Shown: positions 48,841-63,388 of the stretch, in pieces
Layout: the number at the start of each line of letters is the position of its first letter
Numbering within the stretch: the first letter of the stretch is position 1
Assembly: GCF_006345805.1 (NCBI RefSeq)
Contig: NC_043013.1
Location: 51,832,001 to 51,896,000, forward strand
DNA from: Octopus sinensis
Taxonomy: Eukaryota
DNA: 64,000 nucleotides
Direction: 5' to 3'
Notes under the pieces: model-generated
Seen by the model: the letters and a program-made list of their open reading frames with translations, nothing else
Told to the model about the DNA's origin: nothing
Database searches by the model: none
Translations under genes and position numbers: made by a program

Positions 48841-51800
48841 ATAACAATAATTCTTTCTACTATAGGCACAAGGCCTGAAATTTGGGGGAGGGGACTAGTG
48901 GATTATATCGACCCCAGTGTTTCACTGGTACTTATTTTACCAACCCCGAAAGGATGAAAGACAAGGTTGACCTCGGCGGAATTTGAACTAAGAACTGGAA
49001 GACGATCGAAATGGTTAGCAGCATGTCGTCCGGGGCTGATGATAATAACGGTTTCAAATTTTAACCAACAAGTTCGGGGGCTGGGTTAAGTCGATTACGT
49101 AGAACCCCACAATGCTCTCTTTATTAAACAGAATGGTTTTCAAAAAGATTGAGGACATTAGAGGACGATACAAGGAAGCATTACAGAAGACTTAGACTTG
49201 TGAAGAAGAGAGATTACAAAAACGAATAAATTTTATAAACTATGAAAGCGTCGAATGTATTTGGCTATTTTTTTTTTCAGACAAGAAAGTAAACTTCGAA
49301 CGGAGTGTAGCTGTGAAAACAGCCGAGAAAGATTGGGGATTTTACCCTTATAAGATGGAGGGAAAAAAGTTGCCAGCAGACGGCTACAAGAGTCGAACTT
49401 GTACACCTCACATATTAGCTGACTTTCAGTTGATCCGATCAACGGAACAGCCTGCTCGTGAAATTAACTTGCAAGTGGTTGAGCATTCCACAGACACGCG
49501 TACCCTTAATGTAGTTCTCGGGAGATTCAGCATGAAAACGAATGTAACGAGGCTGATCCTTTGAAATTCGCGTACTACTCATTTTTGCCAGCTGAGTGGA
49601 CTGGAGCAACGTGAAATAAAGTGTCTTGATCAAGGAGACACACCGTCACCGAGAATTGAACTTACGACATTACCATCATGAACCGAGTACCCTTACCACT
49701 ATGCCACACGCCTTCACACTGGTAACTTCTTTCCGTCTTATAAATGCAAAATACTTAGATTTTCTGCGCATTTCACAGCTTTATACAGCATTCGAAATTT
49801 GCGTTTTTGTCTGTAAAATACCAAAATACATTCGACGCTCCCATAGTTTGCTTTATAAAATGTTGTCGCATTCCAAAGGCTATTATTATTTAGCGTTAAA
49901 ATTGACGGCAATTGTTGTCAGAAGCCGTTTAGCCGTCGACTTCCGGAGACGCCACCTAACAATCCCACCCCTATTGTTGCCTACCCAATCTTTCTGCTGT
50001 TTTCGCAGCTCTACTGCATTCGAAATTTACTTTCTTGTCTGTAAAATAGCAAAAACTTCAGGCAAAGAGAAAGTCTCCAAACTTACCTCGAAGGAACTCC
50101 CTCAAAATCACGGTCATCTTGACCATTAGGGCAAGTATTCTCCCCAAGTTGTCTTCTTCCGATCCACAGGTGCATACTCAGAGCAAAACCGTTCATTCGA
50201 TCCGTCCTTGCTATTCTGATCCACCTTTCTACAAATTTGTTGAGAAACAGCATTTCCGGCTCCACCCTCATCCTCCTTTTCGGGTGAAACTTGAATACGT
50301 TGATGAGGGCTTGGCCAAAGATGTTCGTTTACCGCCATTTCAATTTCGCTAAATCACTTTTGCCAAAGATCCGAAGAGATAAATGCTGCCCGTTTTTCTC
50401 GGTAAAACGGTGAGACGATCTTCACAAAGGACTCAGCTAATAACCGGATCCGTCCTACACGCGACAGCAAGTGTTCAACTTAACTTCACGAATCTGCAAC
50501 GTTCGGGTACTTGACAAGTGCTTGGGAAGTGTCGGATATCAAGAACATCAAAATCATCAGCATCGTTCTAAGGGACTACAAGAAGCAAATTCAACTAAGA
50601 AAACTTAATGGATGTGCAGCCAGGGGCTTGCAGAGGCCGTCCAACAGCGTTACGAAACTCTTGGCGGACGGATCAGTTACGTAGCTCGGTGTTTGGTTTG
50701 GTTAAGATCTCCAGGTAGAGAATTAGAAAATGACGAGATAACATCTGAAATGTCACTGAGCTCTCAATGTCGTCTACATATCAGGCAGTGCGATCGCTGG
50801 AAGTTCTATGTTGGCGTTCTATAGAGAATTAGTAACGGGAAAAGTGACAATGTTCTTGGGGAAACTCTGGCTTGCCAAGGATTTTTGGAAATTGTTTGCT
50901 TGCTTGCCAGCTTCGCAGCAATATTACTCAGCCAAATTGGTGCATAATGGAAAAATACTGTGAATTAAGTCTACCCTGAAATGTTAATACGAACAGAATA
51001 AAACAAGTTTTGCGTAAATAGGACAAGTGGTTCTTGAGATATTAGAAGTTTTCGGGGGTATAAATACCCAAAACGGTTGCATAATGGGAAAATATTCCGA
51101 AAATAATCTTAATGCTAAAAGAGAAGGAACTCTTATCTTTCGATTAGACACTGTGAGTTGACAACGAAAAGATACGATTTGTTTTTTCAGTAAATGTTTC
51201 TATTTTGCTTTTGTTAAACATAATATTTTAATCATTTAGAAATATTTCCAAGTGAATATGATTTTAAAAAATGTAAGTTGTTTGTACAGTAAGTATTTAT
51301 ACTTTAACTTTCTTTGAACAGATAATATTTTAATGTTTTTTTTAATTATTACAAAATTTTTTTGGCATATTTAAAAAATATTTTAACGTGAAAATGACTT
51401 TAAAAATACGGTAAATATTTCGTAAAATACCCGTTCGTAACGTTGGTGTGAAATAGTTTTTGCCATGCTTCTTTTTTTTTTCGAGTGTACTCAACGTATC
51501 TCACCTCCAAAGATTTGGCTGCTATTTCTAGCACACCCTGCTACCAGGTAACAGCTATTTGCGATAAAGGACCCGAAATACTTGTTACGTGGTAGCTGGG
51601 AGTGCAAGAAATAGTAGCCAAATTTTTCCTTTTCTGGGGAAAGGAGCTGTTTACGCGGGATTTCGATGTCACATTCGTTGAAAGCATGCGAAATAACATA
51701 GAAAAGAAAAGAAAAGACCACGAAACAAAACTGTTTCCCAGTACCCAAAGGGTGACGAGTAGTCTAGTATGTAGAGTATATATATATAGCGATTCACCAA

Positions 51801-52225
51801 AAATAGTCCCATATAGTTAGTACCAGACTAAGGTACTGGGGTCGATAAGTTGGACTAAAATTCTTTAAGCCGGTGCCCGAGCACAGCCACGGTGTTACTA
51901 TTAAAACAAAGAAAAAATAAAAGATAAAAGATACACACACACACACTCACGCTTGTATGTATGTATGTATGTATGTATGTATGTATGTAGACGATCATGG
52001 TGCCACAATCCCTGCTGCTGCTGATGATGATGATGGTAGTGGTGGTGGTTCTGGTAGTGGTGATGATGTTGATAAAGAAACACTGGATGTTGGGTTGGAA
52101 CAGAGGAAGGTTAAATGAAAGAGATATTACTTAACAGCAGATTTGTGTGGTATATAATTGCATCTATATAATGTGTGTGTGTGTGTGTGTGTGTGTGGTG
52201 TGTATACAGACATATACATACATTC

Positions 52226-52265
<40 letters not shown>

Positions 52266-52581
52266 ATATATATATATATATTATATATATATATAAATGA
52301 ATGTATGTATGTGTATATATACACACATAATAGACAACTGAATGCTACACCAAGCGAAGGCCGTAGGTAGCAAATACCCGCCCGCCACCTCCGCCAAGCA
52401 CTTCCACCGACACTCCACCGTTTTACGGTAGTGACACCGGAAATAGTTTGTACACTAAATTCATGTCATCAGAGGTCAAACAATTTCAAGCTTACTACAC
52501 AGATAATAAACATTAGCTTGAAATATCATCAGTTAGGCCAGCGCTGTATAGATGAGTGGGTGTATAGATAGATGTGGGTGG

Positions 52582-52613
<32 letters not shown>

Positions 52614-53731
52614 ATATATATGGGGGGGGTAAGACTGGTTGTAACTACTTGTGTTGGTTTGTCTATTAGTGTGTGTGGGTTTGTGTTGGTGTGCTGGAAT
52701 ATGTTAAGATTTCGGTTGTGCGCGAGTTCCCGGTATACAGACACTCACATACACACACACACACACACACACAGATACACAGTCATATATTCTTTCATTC
52801 ATTCGCTTTCATATACACTTATGTGTTTAGATATATATATATATGTGTGTATATGTGTGTATATAAGTTAGCCTTGATATTAACTCTCACGCGACTCTGC
52901 ATCTTTCTTTCTTTCTCTCCCATTCCCTTTTTCGTCTTTTTTCCCTCACTTAACTTGTCTCTTCCTCTCTCTCTCATTCTTCATTCTCTCTCTCCCTTTC
53001 ACCATTCTTCATGGTCTCCTCGCACCATTCCCCTTCTTCTCTCTCTTCCTCTTACTCCTCCTCCCCTATTCCCGTCGTCCATCTGCGACGATACTTCCGT
53101 CGTAACTGCTATCCTGTCTTTTCTCGCCCGCCTTCTAAGGCTACTGGTCGACAATTTTTCTCTCTCGTCGTCCACTATAATCCAGCGTTTGCAATACTTT
53201 TTTCGTCTGGCGTTAACAGCCCTTCTTATCTTGTTCTCCTTGTCCTGTCTCTCACTGTTATATATTTATTTTTCCACTGTTTATATATATATTTTTTACT
53301 GTTTATATGTTTGTACTGTCGTTACCGTCTTGCTTTTTTTTACCCCTCTGCGAAAAGATCTCAGAATTTTAATTGATTTGCTTTTCGCAGGAAGGAAGTT
53401 TTCTTCGAAGTATACGTCTCGCTTTTATCCTTCGAAACGTTTAGTAGATGAAACCTTAGCGACTGAAGAAGGGGATTTTTCGTTGTGCTTATTGTCCTGT
53501 ATCTCTTTTTTTGCTTGTCTTGTTCCCTGGTTGTGTCTATGTTTTTCGTCTCTCTATGTGTTCGACGTCTTTTTGGTGTCCTGTACACATATATGCGTGT
53601 ATATGTACATGTAGAGGTAGGTACGTACATATATGTTTATATATATGCATATGTTCTATTTTATTAACATATATGTATGTATATATATGCACACACATAT
53701 ACATGTACACGCTCACGTGCGTATATATATA

Positions 53732-53739
<8 letters not shown>

Positions 53740-53770
<31 letters not shown>

Positions 53771-54311
53771 GATATAGATATATACGTGGCTGTGTGGTAA
53801 GTAGCTTGCTTCCCGACCACATGGTTCTGGGTTCAGTCCCACTGCGTGGCACCTTGGTCAAGTGTCTTCTACTATAACCTCGGGCCGACCAAAGCCTTCT
53901 GACTGGATTTGGTAGATGGAAACTGAAAGAAGCCCATCATATATATATATATGTGTGTGTGGTGTGTGCGTGTATGTGCGTGTGTGTCTGTGTGTCTGTG
54001 TCTGTATATGTGTCTGTGTTTGTCCTCTCAACATCGCTTGACAACCAATGCCGGTGTGTTTACGTCCCCGGAACTTAGCGGTTCGGCACAAAAGTCCGAT
54101 AGAATAGATACTATACTTACAAAGAATAAGTCCAAGGGTCAATTTGTCCGACTAAAGGTAGTGCTCCAGCATGGTCGCAGTCAAATGACTGAAACACAAA
54201 TTTTTTGTCGTCAATGCTGCACTTCCCCGTATCACATGTTTCAACTAAGCTGTACTATATATACAAACTATGCCATTTTAATCCCGAGCAACGCCGGTAT
54301 TACTGCTAGTG

Positions 54312-54368
<57 letters not shown>

Positions 54369-54924
54369 GATATAGATATATACGTGGCTGTGTGGTAAGT
54401 AGCTTGCTTCCCGACCACATGGTTCTGGGTTCAGTCCCACTGCGTGGCACCTTGGTCAAGTGTCTTCTACTATAACCTCGGGCCGACCAAAGCCTTCTGA
54501 CTGGATTTGGTAGATGGAAACTGAAAGAAGCCCATCATATATATATATATGTGTGTGTGGTGTGTGCGTGTATGTGCGTGTGTGTCTGTGTGTCTGTGTC
54601 TGTATATGTGTCTGTGTTTGTCCTCTCAACATCGCTTGACAACCAATGCCGGTGTGTTTACGTCCCCGGAACTTAGCGGTTCGGCACAAAAGTCCGATAG
54701 AATAGATACTATACTTACAAAGAATAAGTCCAAGGGTCAATTTGTCCGACTAAAGGTAGTGCTCCAGCATGGTCGCAGTCAAATGACTGAAACACAAATT
54801 TTTTGTCGTCAATGCTGCACTTCCCCGTATCACATGTTTCAACTAAGCTGTACTATATATACAAACTATGCCATTTTAATCCCGAGCAACGCCGGGTATT
54901 ACTGCTAGTGTATATATATATTAT

Positions 54925-54935
<11 letters not shown>
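53740..54935 (+). repeat. 598-bp tandem duplication (SINE B plus Helitron 3' end) with breakpoints in (TA)n
   Basis: Identical ORFs are offset by exactly 598 (53858/54456 and 53951/54549). The only non-microsatellite difference seen is GCCGGT versus GCCGGGT. Confidence 0.95.
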
Positions 54936-55016
<81 letters not shown>

Positions 55017-57049
55017 TGTGTGTGTGTGTGTGGTGTGTGTGTGTGTATGTGGAGAGAGAGATACATACATGTTTTAAATTTATGGGAAACGTTTTGAATT
55101 TGAATATGTTTTCATTTAAAAGTCCAATGTATGGACGGGATTCTACACAGTTTCCGTCTTTACCGAATTTCTTTCACAAGATTCAGTTTGACCTCTAAGA
55201 TGCCACACATATGGATCGAAATTGGGATCTCGTGATTGAAAAACAAACTTCTGAATCATTCAGCCATGTTGAATCTTCGATGAGTTCGAAATTTGTTGGA
55301 TCTCCGTCAATCAGTGAGGGTGCGTGGCCGAGTGGTTAGGGTGTTGCACTCACGATTGTAAGATAATGGTTTCGATTCCCAGATTGGGTGGTGCGATGTG
55401 TTCGTGAGCACTTCATTTCACGTTGCTCCAGAATCACTCAGTTGTGAGTTTCAGCAATAGATGGTAAGGTAACCCTTTGATGGACTGACATCCCATCCAG
55501 GGGTGGGGAAGTGTTGTAATCTCAGCATGGAAACCGAGTTAAGCTTTGGAGTCCTGGAGCTCGTAAGAGACCTGGGTTTATGTCCCTCAATCAAGGTCAG
55601 CCATGCGTCTCTACTTTCATATGAAGGCCTGGGCAAGAATATTTGAGGAAGATACCACCATCACTATCATCATCCCATCACCACAAGCAGCAGCGCAACC
55701 ACCACCGGACATTCAGCACCCCCTTCCGCTTTCCAGACCATTAATATGGTCCAAGGAAACAGTAAATCTAATAAACTATAGCACCAGTTTTTTCGCGGGG
55801 TTGATATCAGGACGCAAAGAGCTGGAACTGGTACCATAGGACTTTATATTGCTTAGCCTTGTACTCTAGCGCTTAACGCAATTTCACCGTCCTCTATTGG
55901 CACGTTATTTATCGACTCCGAAATAATACGAGGTAATGTTGACTTCCGCCGAATTTGAACTCAGAACGTAGTGATCCAGAACAAATACCGTGAGCAATTA
56001 TATCTGTCACTCTGGCGGCTACGACGACGAGCGTTCTAGCTGATCCGAACAACGGAAAAAATCTGGTTGTGAAATTTGCGTGGAAGTGGCTGAGCACTCC
56101 ACAGAGAAGCGGACCCTTAACACTAAATCTACTTGAGAACAGAATGTGACAAAGCTGGTTCCTTGACTTACAGGTGGAACTCATTTTTGTCAGCTGATTG
56201 GACTGGAGCAATATGAAATAAACTATCTTGCCGGCAGACGCAATGCGCCGCTGAGGATCGAATACACGCCCTTAAGATCCTGAACAGAATACCCTAACCA
56301 CTAAACTACGCACTTTTTTCAACATTTTATCTAACTCTTTAACAACTCTACCATTGAGCTGGGTTCAAAAATAGAGCCCTTAATTTTAAACGACATTAGT
56401 CCAAGTCCATCTAGCCGTCGGCATGTACCACCAGAACATCTGGGAAACTTATTTCAGATAGTACCGACCCCTTATCCAGGGGCTGAATTTTCATTTCTCT
56501 CTTCATCTTCAGCATAACTAAGAACATGTTCTGTTCAAACGCCATATCAGGGCCCAGTATGCATTTTCTTCTATAAAGAAGACTAGATATCTTTTACCTT
56601 ATGTCTGTTATTTGTTTCAATCGCCAGATTGCGGCTATGCTGTTGCTCCACCTTTAAGAATTTTTAGTCGAACAAATCGACCCCGGCACCTATCATGCTT
56701 TTAAGCCTAATTCTTATTTTATCGGTCGTTTCTGCCTAACCTATAAGTTACCAGGGCGTAAACAAACTAACATCGGCTGTCAAGCGGTGTGGTGAACAAA
56801 CACACACACATACTTGTTTGCGTCATGTCATCAGTTTGCGTCAACCAAATCCACTGAGAAGGCTTTAGTCGATCCGAGGCTGTAGTAGAAGGCATTTGCC
56901 CAAGGTGCCACGCAGTGGGATTGAACCTGGAACCATGTGGTTGGAAAGTAAGCTTCTTACCGCACGACCACAGCGTATAAATGACTTGTCGAGATGTACC
57001 TGGGGGTGTATGAGTAAAATGTTACGGTAAGACACGATGAAAGGATGCT

Positions 57050-57112
57050 GAGCGAGAGAGTGAGACAGAGAGGAGAGAGGGAGAGGGGAGAGGGTGAGTG
57101 AGAGAAAGGGGC

Positions 57113-57152
<40 letters not shown>

Positions 57153-57655
57153 AGAGAATGTGAGAGTGTTTGAAATTAGGTGGTTCGGTCGTTTACATAC
57201 TGAACATGTTAGTGAATTAAACGGTCCTCAGCGGGTAGCTGTGTACTTGAGGACTGCAGATATAGTTTAACGAGTCGTTACCTACCCCCGAATACCCGGG
57301 GTGACGCGAGAGACCTACATGCTGTCTTAGGAAATTAAGACGCCCTCTCACACTGCGCTGAGTAAAAACAACAACACAAACAACGACAACAACAACAGCA
57401 ACAACAACAAAACAACCAGCAAAGACAACAATAGAAACAACATCAATTGCAACAACAGAGCAAAAAAAATAACAGCAAATGATAATAACAACAACACAAT
57501 AACAAACACAACAATAGAAGCATCAATTGCACTTACAGAACAAAAACAATAGCAAATAATAATAATAATAATAATGATGATGATGATGATGATAACAGCA
57601 ACAACAAAAGCCGCAGCAATTGCACCAACAGAGCTAAAACAAAAGCAAGAAGAAG

Positions 57656-57687
<32 letters not shown>

Positions 57688-58471
57688 GAAGAAGAAGAAG
57701 AAGGAAGAAGAAGTAGAAGAAGAAGAAGAAGGAGGAGGAGGAGGAGGAGGAGGAGGAGGAGAAGGGGGGTGAGAAGGAGAAGGAGGAGGGGGAAGGGAAA
57801 GAAGATGAAGAAGAAGGAGGAGGAGAAGGAGGAGAAGGAGGGGAGAGGGAGAGAAGAAGAAGAAGAAGGAGGAGGAGGAGGAGGAGGAGGAAAAGAAGAA
57901 GAAGGAAAAGAAGAAGAAGAGAAGAAGAAGAAGAAGAAAAAAAAAGAAGAAGGAAAAGAAGAAGGAAAAGAAGATTTAGAAGAAGAAGAAAAAGGAAAAG
58001 AAGGAAAAGAAGGAGAAGAAAAGAAGAAGAAGAAGGAAAAGAAATAGAACAACAACAATAACAAAAATAAAAGCCGCAGCAATTGCAACAACAGAACAAA
58101 AACACCAACAGGCGCAGCGATAGCAACAACAACAACAACAGCTCAAGAGAAACAAATACGAAACCAACAATAACAACAACAACAACAACAATAACAATAA
58201 CAAACACACAAAACGGCAACAACAATGAAGTTATAAGGTTTTTGCATTGGAAATACCCGGAATGCCGCCCCCCTTCACCACCCTGCGCACAACAACAACA
58301 ACCACAACAAGATGAAGATATAACTGTAATAATAATGATATTGTTTATGTTAATAACAATATTGGTGGACAACAATAACATCAACAATAAGCTTAACAAC
58401 AACACATGTACATACACAAACGCACGCACACATACACGAACCCCCCACACACACGCACACAAATACATGCA

Positions 58472-58531
<60 letters not shown>

Positions 58532-58850
58532 ATTTGTATATATGTATAAATATATTTATGTGTATATATGTATATGCATGCTGTCTACGCACACACAGAC
58601 ACACACACACATATTCGTTTGAATCATGCGGCTGCGGTCATGCTGTAGCACCACAATGTTAGAGCATATATATGTGTATATAAATATACATATACTTGTA
58701 AATATATATATATATCTACGCACATATACACACATCACACATACATACATATATGTATATACACACGCACACACATGTATATACACGCACACATGTATAT
58801 ATGAATCTATGTGTATATACATGCAAATATCTACGTATTGGGGGTATGTT
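57050..58850. repeat. Compound (GA)n, (AAC)n, (GAA)n, (GGA)n and (CA)n field
   Basis: Directly visible. Confidence 0.95.
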
Positions 58851-59729
58851 GACATACAAATACATTTGCTTCACATAAGACAGCTACTAGGCGGGTGTTT
58901 GAAGTAACTCATCCACTGCCACCCCGAACAGTTACCCCAAACGCCACCCCGACACCTCAACCCCTCCCCATACGTAAACCACCACCCACATCTAAACCCA
59001 CCCCACCCGACGTTAACAAAACAAAACAAAAAAAGGCACCAAGCTTCCTTTTGTTGCCTATACCATCCTACCCCTTACTTCCACCCGGCAACCAATTCTT
59101 CTTCCACGGCCCCACCACCACCACCACCACCACCACTACCCGAGGGGTATGACTGCCCACCCGGCCCACGTCATTACCCTATACCACCTTACACACAGCC
59201 GCACGTTTGGCGCCAAAGAGGAGCGTCAAACGCCTAATTAACCGTTGACTTATAGAATGAGAGCGAAACAACTCAGCGAGAAAATGGAAGACGAGCAACG
59301 ACAACAACAACAACAACGACAACAACAAAGACAAAAGCAGTGGATTCGACGACGACGGCGGCGGCGGCGGCGATACGAAAGGATTTTCTGGTTTTTAGAA
59401 TGGACATTTTTTTTTTTTAGTTTCGTGCTTCTGTGATTTCCATTTCATTAAAAATCTCCATCGAATCTTCTTCAAGGACAACTTCACCTACACCGTCTCC
59501 TACTTATTTCTTTATCATATATTTATAAACACAGACACACAGACACACACACACACACACATACACACAGACACATACACACACAAATACACACCCATCC
59601 AACCAACACACGCTATATATATATATATATATACGTAAATAAATGTACATACGCTCATCAATTCATTCATCTGTATATAATATATATATATATACACATA
59701 CACCTACATAAATAACACATATATACATA

Positions 59730-59770
<41 letters not shown>

Positions 59771-60544
59771 ATATATACATACATATGTGTGTGTATACAT
59801 ATATATGTATTATATACTATATATAATATATATATATATATTATATATATATATTATATATATATATATATAATGTATGTGTGTCAATTTGGTATTATAT
59901 ATATATACATACATATATATATATATCGATGTATGTCTTTGGAAGCGGTGCGTGTGGTGTAAAATTAATGAACTTATCCTTTAAAGGAAAAGAAAAAAAT
60001 ACAAATGAAAACAACAACAACAGCAACAACAACAATAATGTAATTGTTTATTTTTTTATTAGTTTTGTTTATTGTTATTCCGCTTTAGATTGTTAAAACT
60101 AACATTTAGGCTTTTGACTGCGGAGTTGATATTTAAGGTCTTAACTGAAGCGACTAATACCCTCTCCAGTCGGCCGTCTTTCTTCTTCACTCCTTCCTTC
60201 TTTCATGTTGATCTGTCTTCTCAAATGGTTGTGGCCGGAAGAAGAGAGTTCTAAGACGAAGGAAGATGGAGTTTATATCGTCTGAGATATCTATGGATGT
60301 ATTTAAGGATTAAGAAACATGGTTTGATAGTCAAGCGAGGAAGATGATCACAAGACAGAAACCTCAGCACACAGCAACAAGCAGCAACTTGGTTGAGGGA
60401 GAAAGAGCGTCGGTTGAAGTTCTTGGATTTAAACCATACCGAGGCGAGCTTTTTACTCTTTATCTTATTTATCCTTTCGAGGTTGATATATAAATGGAAT
60501 TTTACCGATTTCTGTCGGTACATACGTACATACATACATGATGA

Positions 60545-60889
60545 CTGTCCATTCCTAATCGAGGAAGACCATTGCTGACCTTCAGGAACATTGTGCGCTC
60601 GATGACTAACTTATCTTTTGCCTTTGCGTCTCCGTTGGTGGCTAATGAGCCCTGCTCTTGACAAGCATACACGACTGCAAACATTGCAGACCAAGCTTTC
60701 CCCATTCACTACACCAGCAGTGTGCGCTTTCGAACAGCACGCTTAAATTCTTCATACAGAATACGTGCTCTCTCAAAAATGTCTACCCCCTCCTTAACCT
60801 GCTTCCTCCATCTGTAGCGATGACAGGCATTGTTCTCCCAGTCAGTCTCCTGCATATTACAGGCCTTTAATGAGGACTTGACACAGTCC

Positions 60890-60890
<1 letters not shown>
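60545..60890 (-). mobile_element. RTE (BovB-like) LINE extreme 3' fragment
   Basis: KDCVKSSLKACNMQETDWENNACHRYRWRKQVKEGVDIFERAR..KRAVRK. Confidence 0.8.
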
Positions 60891-60920
<30 letters not shown>

Positions 60921-61759
60921 CATACATACATACATACACACACACATACATACATACATACATACATACATACATACATACACACACACATACGTACATA
61001 ATACATACATACACACATACGTACATAATACATACATACAAGGGTAAAGACGCCGCTCGGTCATGAATGGCCATGGGATTGCACATAGAAAGTTACCATG
61101 CGAAGCACAAATTCGGGCAAGATATTTTGTGGAAGGCCAACAGTCACCCATGCATACCAGCCTCCCCTCTCCACGCCACCGATGTTATCCATGGCACCAG
61201 TGACGTCACAACTCATTTCTGCAGCTGAGTGAAATAAAGTGTCTTGCTCAAGCAACGTGAAATGAAGTGTCTTGCTCACGCACACAACACGCAGCCCGGT
61301 CCGGGATTCGAACTCACTACCTCATGATTGTGAGCCCGACGCCCTAACCACTGAGCTATGCACCTGCACATACATACATATATACATATACATACATACA
61401 TACATACATACATACATACATACATACATACATACATGCACTGCGTTTCTGTATTTGGTTTGCAAGGTCCTTGGTGTGGATTCATGTGTCTCGTTGTCTC
61501 GGGACGTTAATTACACCACTTACAATAAATACACGAACTGATTCATTATCACTTCTTTACTGTCAGACATTTACTGGTTAAATATCTAATCAACAAACTA
61601 ATCGATCGCTTGTTTAATGTGTTGATTAAACAATCAATCAGATGTTATTCTTGTCAAAGTCCTTTTGTCGCTATTCGCAATTTAATCAATGACTTAGCCC
61701 CTCTCTCCAAGGTCTGCCCCTGAGTCTTCCCAGAAATTACCAACTTTCCAAATGCTGCA

Positions 61760-62330
61760 AAACATTTAGACATTACACAAAGTTCAGATGGAATTGGAAG
61801 TCTCAGACAAGAATGTCTAAACTGGTTTAAAGCATTATCAATGAGGATCCCAGAAAATCAATGAGGGCATCGTGAAGAACAGAAAGAATAGTTTAGTGCA
61901 CAAGAGCATTTTGATAGGGGTCATATGTACTGTGGAGAGACCAATTCATGTCTGCAAAGACAGGAAAGCAGTTTGATCTGTGCAAACGTTTACGTACCAA
62001 GGTTTAAAATCCTCTGAACATGGTTTTGCTCTGATGAGAAAAATTTCAACGAAGACCAATAGTCTAACAGAAGAAATGTACCCAGGGTGATGCCAACTGT
62101 GTTTCCAGCAATTATGGTAGTTTTAAGAATAACGAAGATCATTATGCCTCCTCACATCTTTCCACAGGAAATGCTGAGATGCTGGGGAGAGTTGCTAAAC
62201 CCTGAATGGATGAAACACGCAGTGGACGGTTGTACGTTTTTCACCAAATCTCAACATTTTTTCACAAAAACCAGATAAGCCAAGTATGGATGTCAAACAA
62301 TTTTTATGACCATGTAACAGCAAAATTGCG
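61760..62330 (+). mobile_element. Tc1/mariner transposase relic, probably maT (DD37D)-like
   Basis: DPRKSMRA..SYVLWRDQFMSAKT..KRL..WFCSDEKNF..NRRN.VP.VM..FPA.MV..IMPPHIFPQ..PWM, with many stops and frameshifts. Confidence 0.75.
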
Positions 62331-62485
62331 GCTTTCTCTGTTATTTATTCTTTTACTTGTTTCAGTCATTTGACTGCGGCCAAATCTACCCCAGGACTTA
62401 TTCTTTGTAGTCCTAGTGCTTATTCTGTCGGCTTCTTTTGCTGAACGGCTAGGTTACGGAAACGCAAACACACCGACATATATAC

Positions 62486-62542
<57 letters not shown>

Positions 62543-63126
62543 GGGGGACAAACACACACACATACGCGCCACACACATACATACACACACACACCACACA
62601 CACAACACACACATATATATATATACTGGGATTCTTTTAGTTTCCGTCTACCCAATCCACTCACAAGGCTTTGGTCAGCTGTAATAGAGGCTGTAGTAGA
62701 AGACATTTTTCCAAGGTGTCACGCAGTGGGACTGAACCCAGAACCGTGTGCTTGGGAAGTAAGCTTCTTACCACACAGCCACGCTCGCACTTCTGCTAGA
62801 TTAGATTCGTTTTATTAAATTATTAAATAATCCCCCCAAACAGATCACGCACCCTGTACATACATACATACACACACATGTGTATGCGTACGTAACTATG
62901 TATGTATGTATGTATGTATGTATGTATGTATGTATGTATGTATACAATTACAAACATTGTATATACATCACATATACGATTTCACACCGAGGAATTTCCA
63001 GGAAAATACCCATACTTATACAAGGAGGTGAGTCACATTCAAAACATCGTTTCCTTTTGATGGGTAATAACACACACAGTCACTGGCAAACGCTCATACA
63101 GGCATACACTAATGCTTAATGCATAC

Positions 63127-63159
<33 letters not shown>

Positions 63160-63269
63160 ATATATATATATATATAAAATATTATTCGAGACAAAACCAC
63201 TATTTTGCAAAACAAACAAGGAAAGACTTAATCAATACATAAATTTTAATAAATAGTCAAAAAAAACCG

Positions 63270-63312
63270 CCACTACAATCGTTTCTTGTCTTGATCGACA
63301 ATCTTCAGGTGG
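63270..63312 (-). ncRNA. Minimal type-I hammerhead ribozyme (mirror copy)
   Basis: Same motif on the minus strand, with stem III variant GAAAC-GAUU-GUA^GUGG. Confidence 0.75.
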
Positions 63313-63345
63313 ACTTCCAATAAGTCAGTTTGACTTATTGGAAGT

Positions 63346-63388
63346 CCACCTGAAGATTGTCGATCAAGACAAGAAACAATTGTAGTGG
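63346..63388 (+). ncRNA. Minimal type-I hammerhead ribozyme
   Basis: CCAC-CUGAAGA-UUGUC-GAUCAA-GACAA-GAAA-C-AAUU-GUA^-GUGG: intact core, stem I 4 bp, stem II 5 bp, palindromic stem III ACAAUUGU. Confidence 0.8.

Noticed and set aside
52673-53614. 313-aa hydrophobic, membrane-protein-like ORF
   Set aside because: CT/TA-rich low-complexity and repeat-derived sequence with no recognisable domain.
57348-58532. Long poly-Leu/Ser/Glu/Lys ORFs
   Set aside because: Translations of (AAC)n, (GAA)n and (GGA)n microsatellites.
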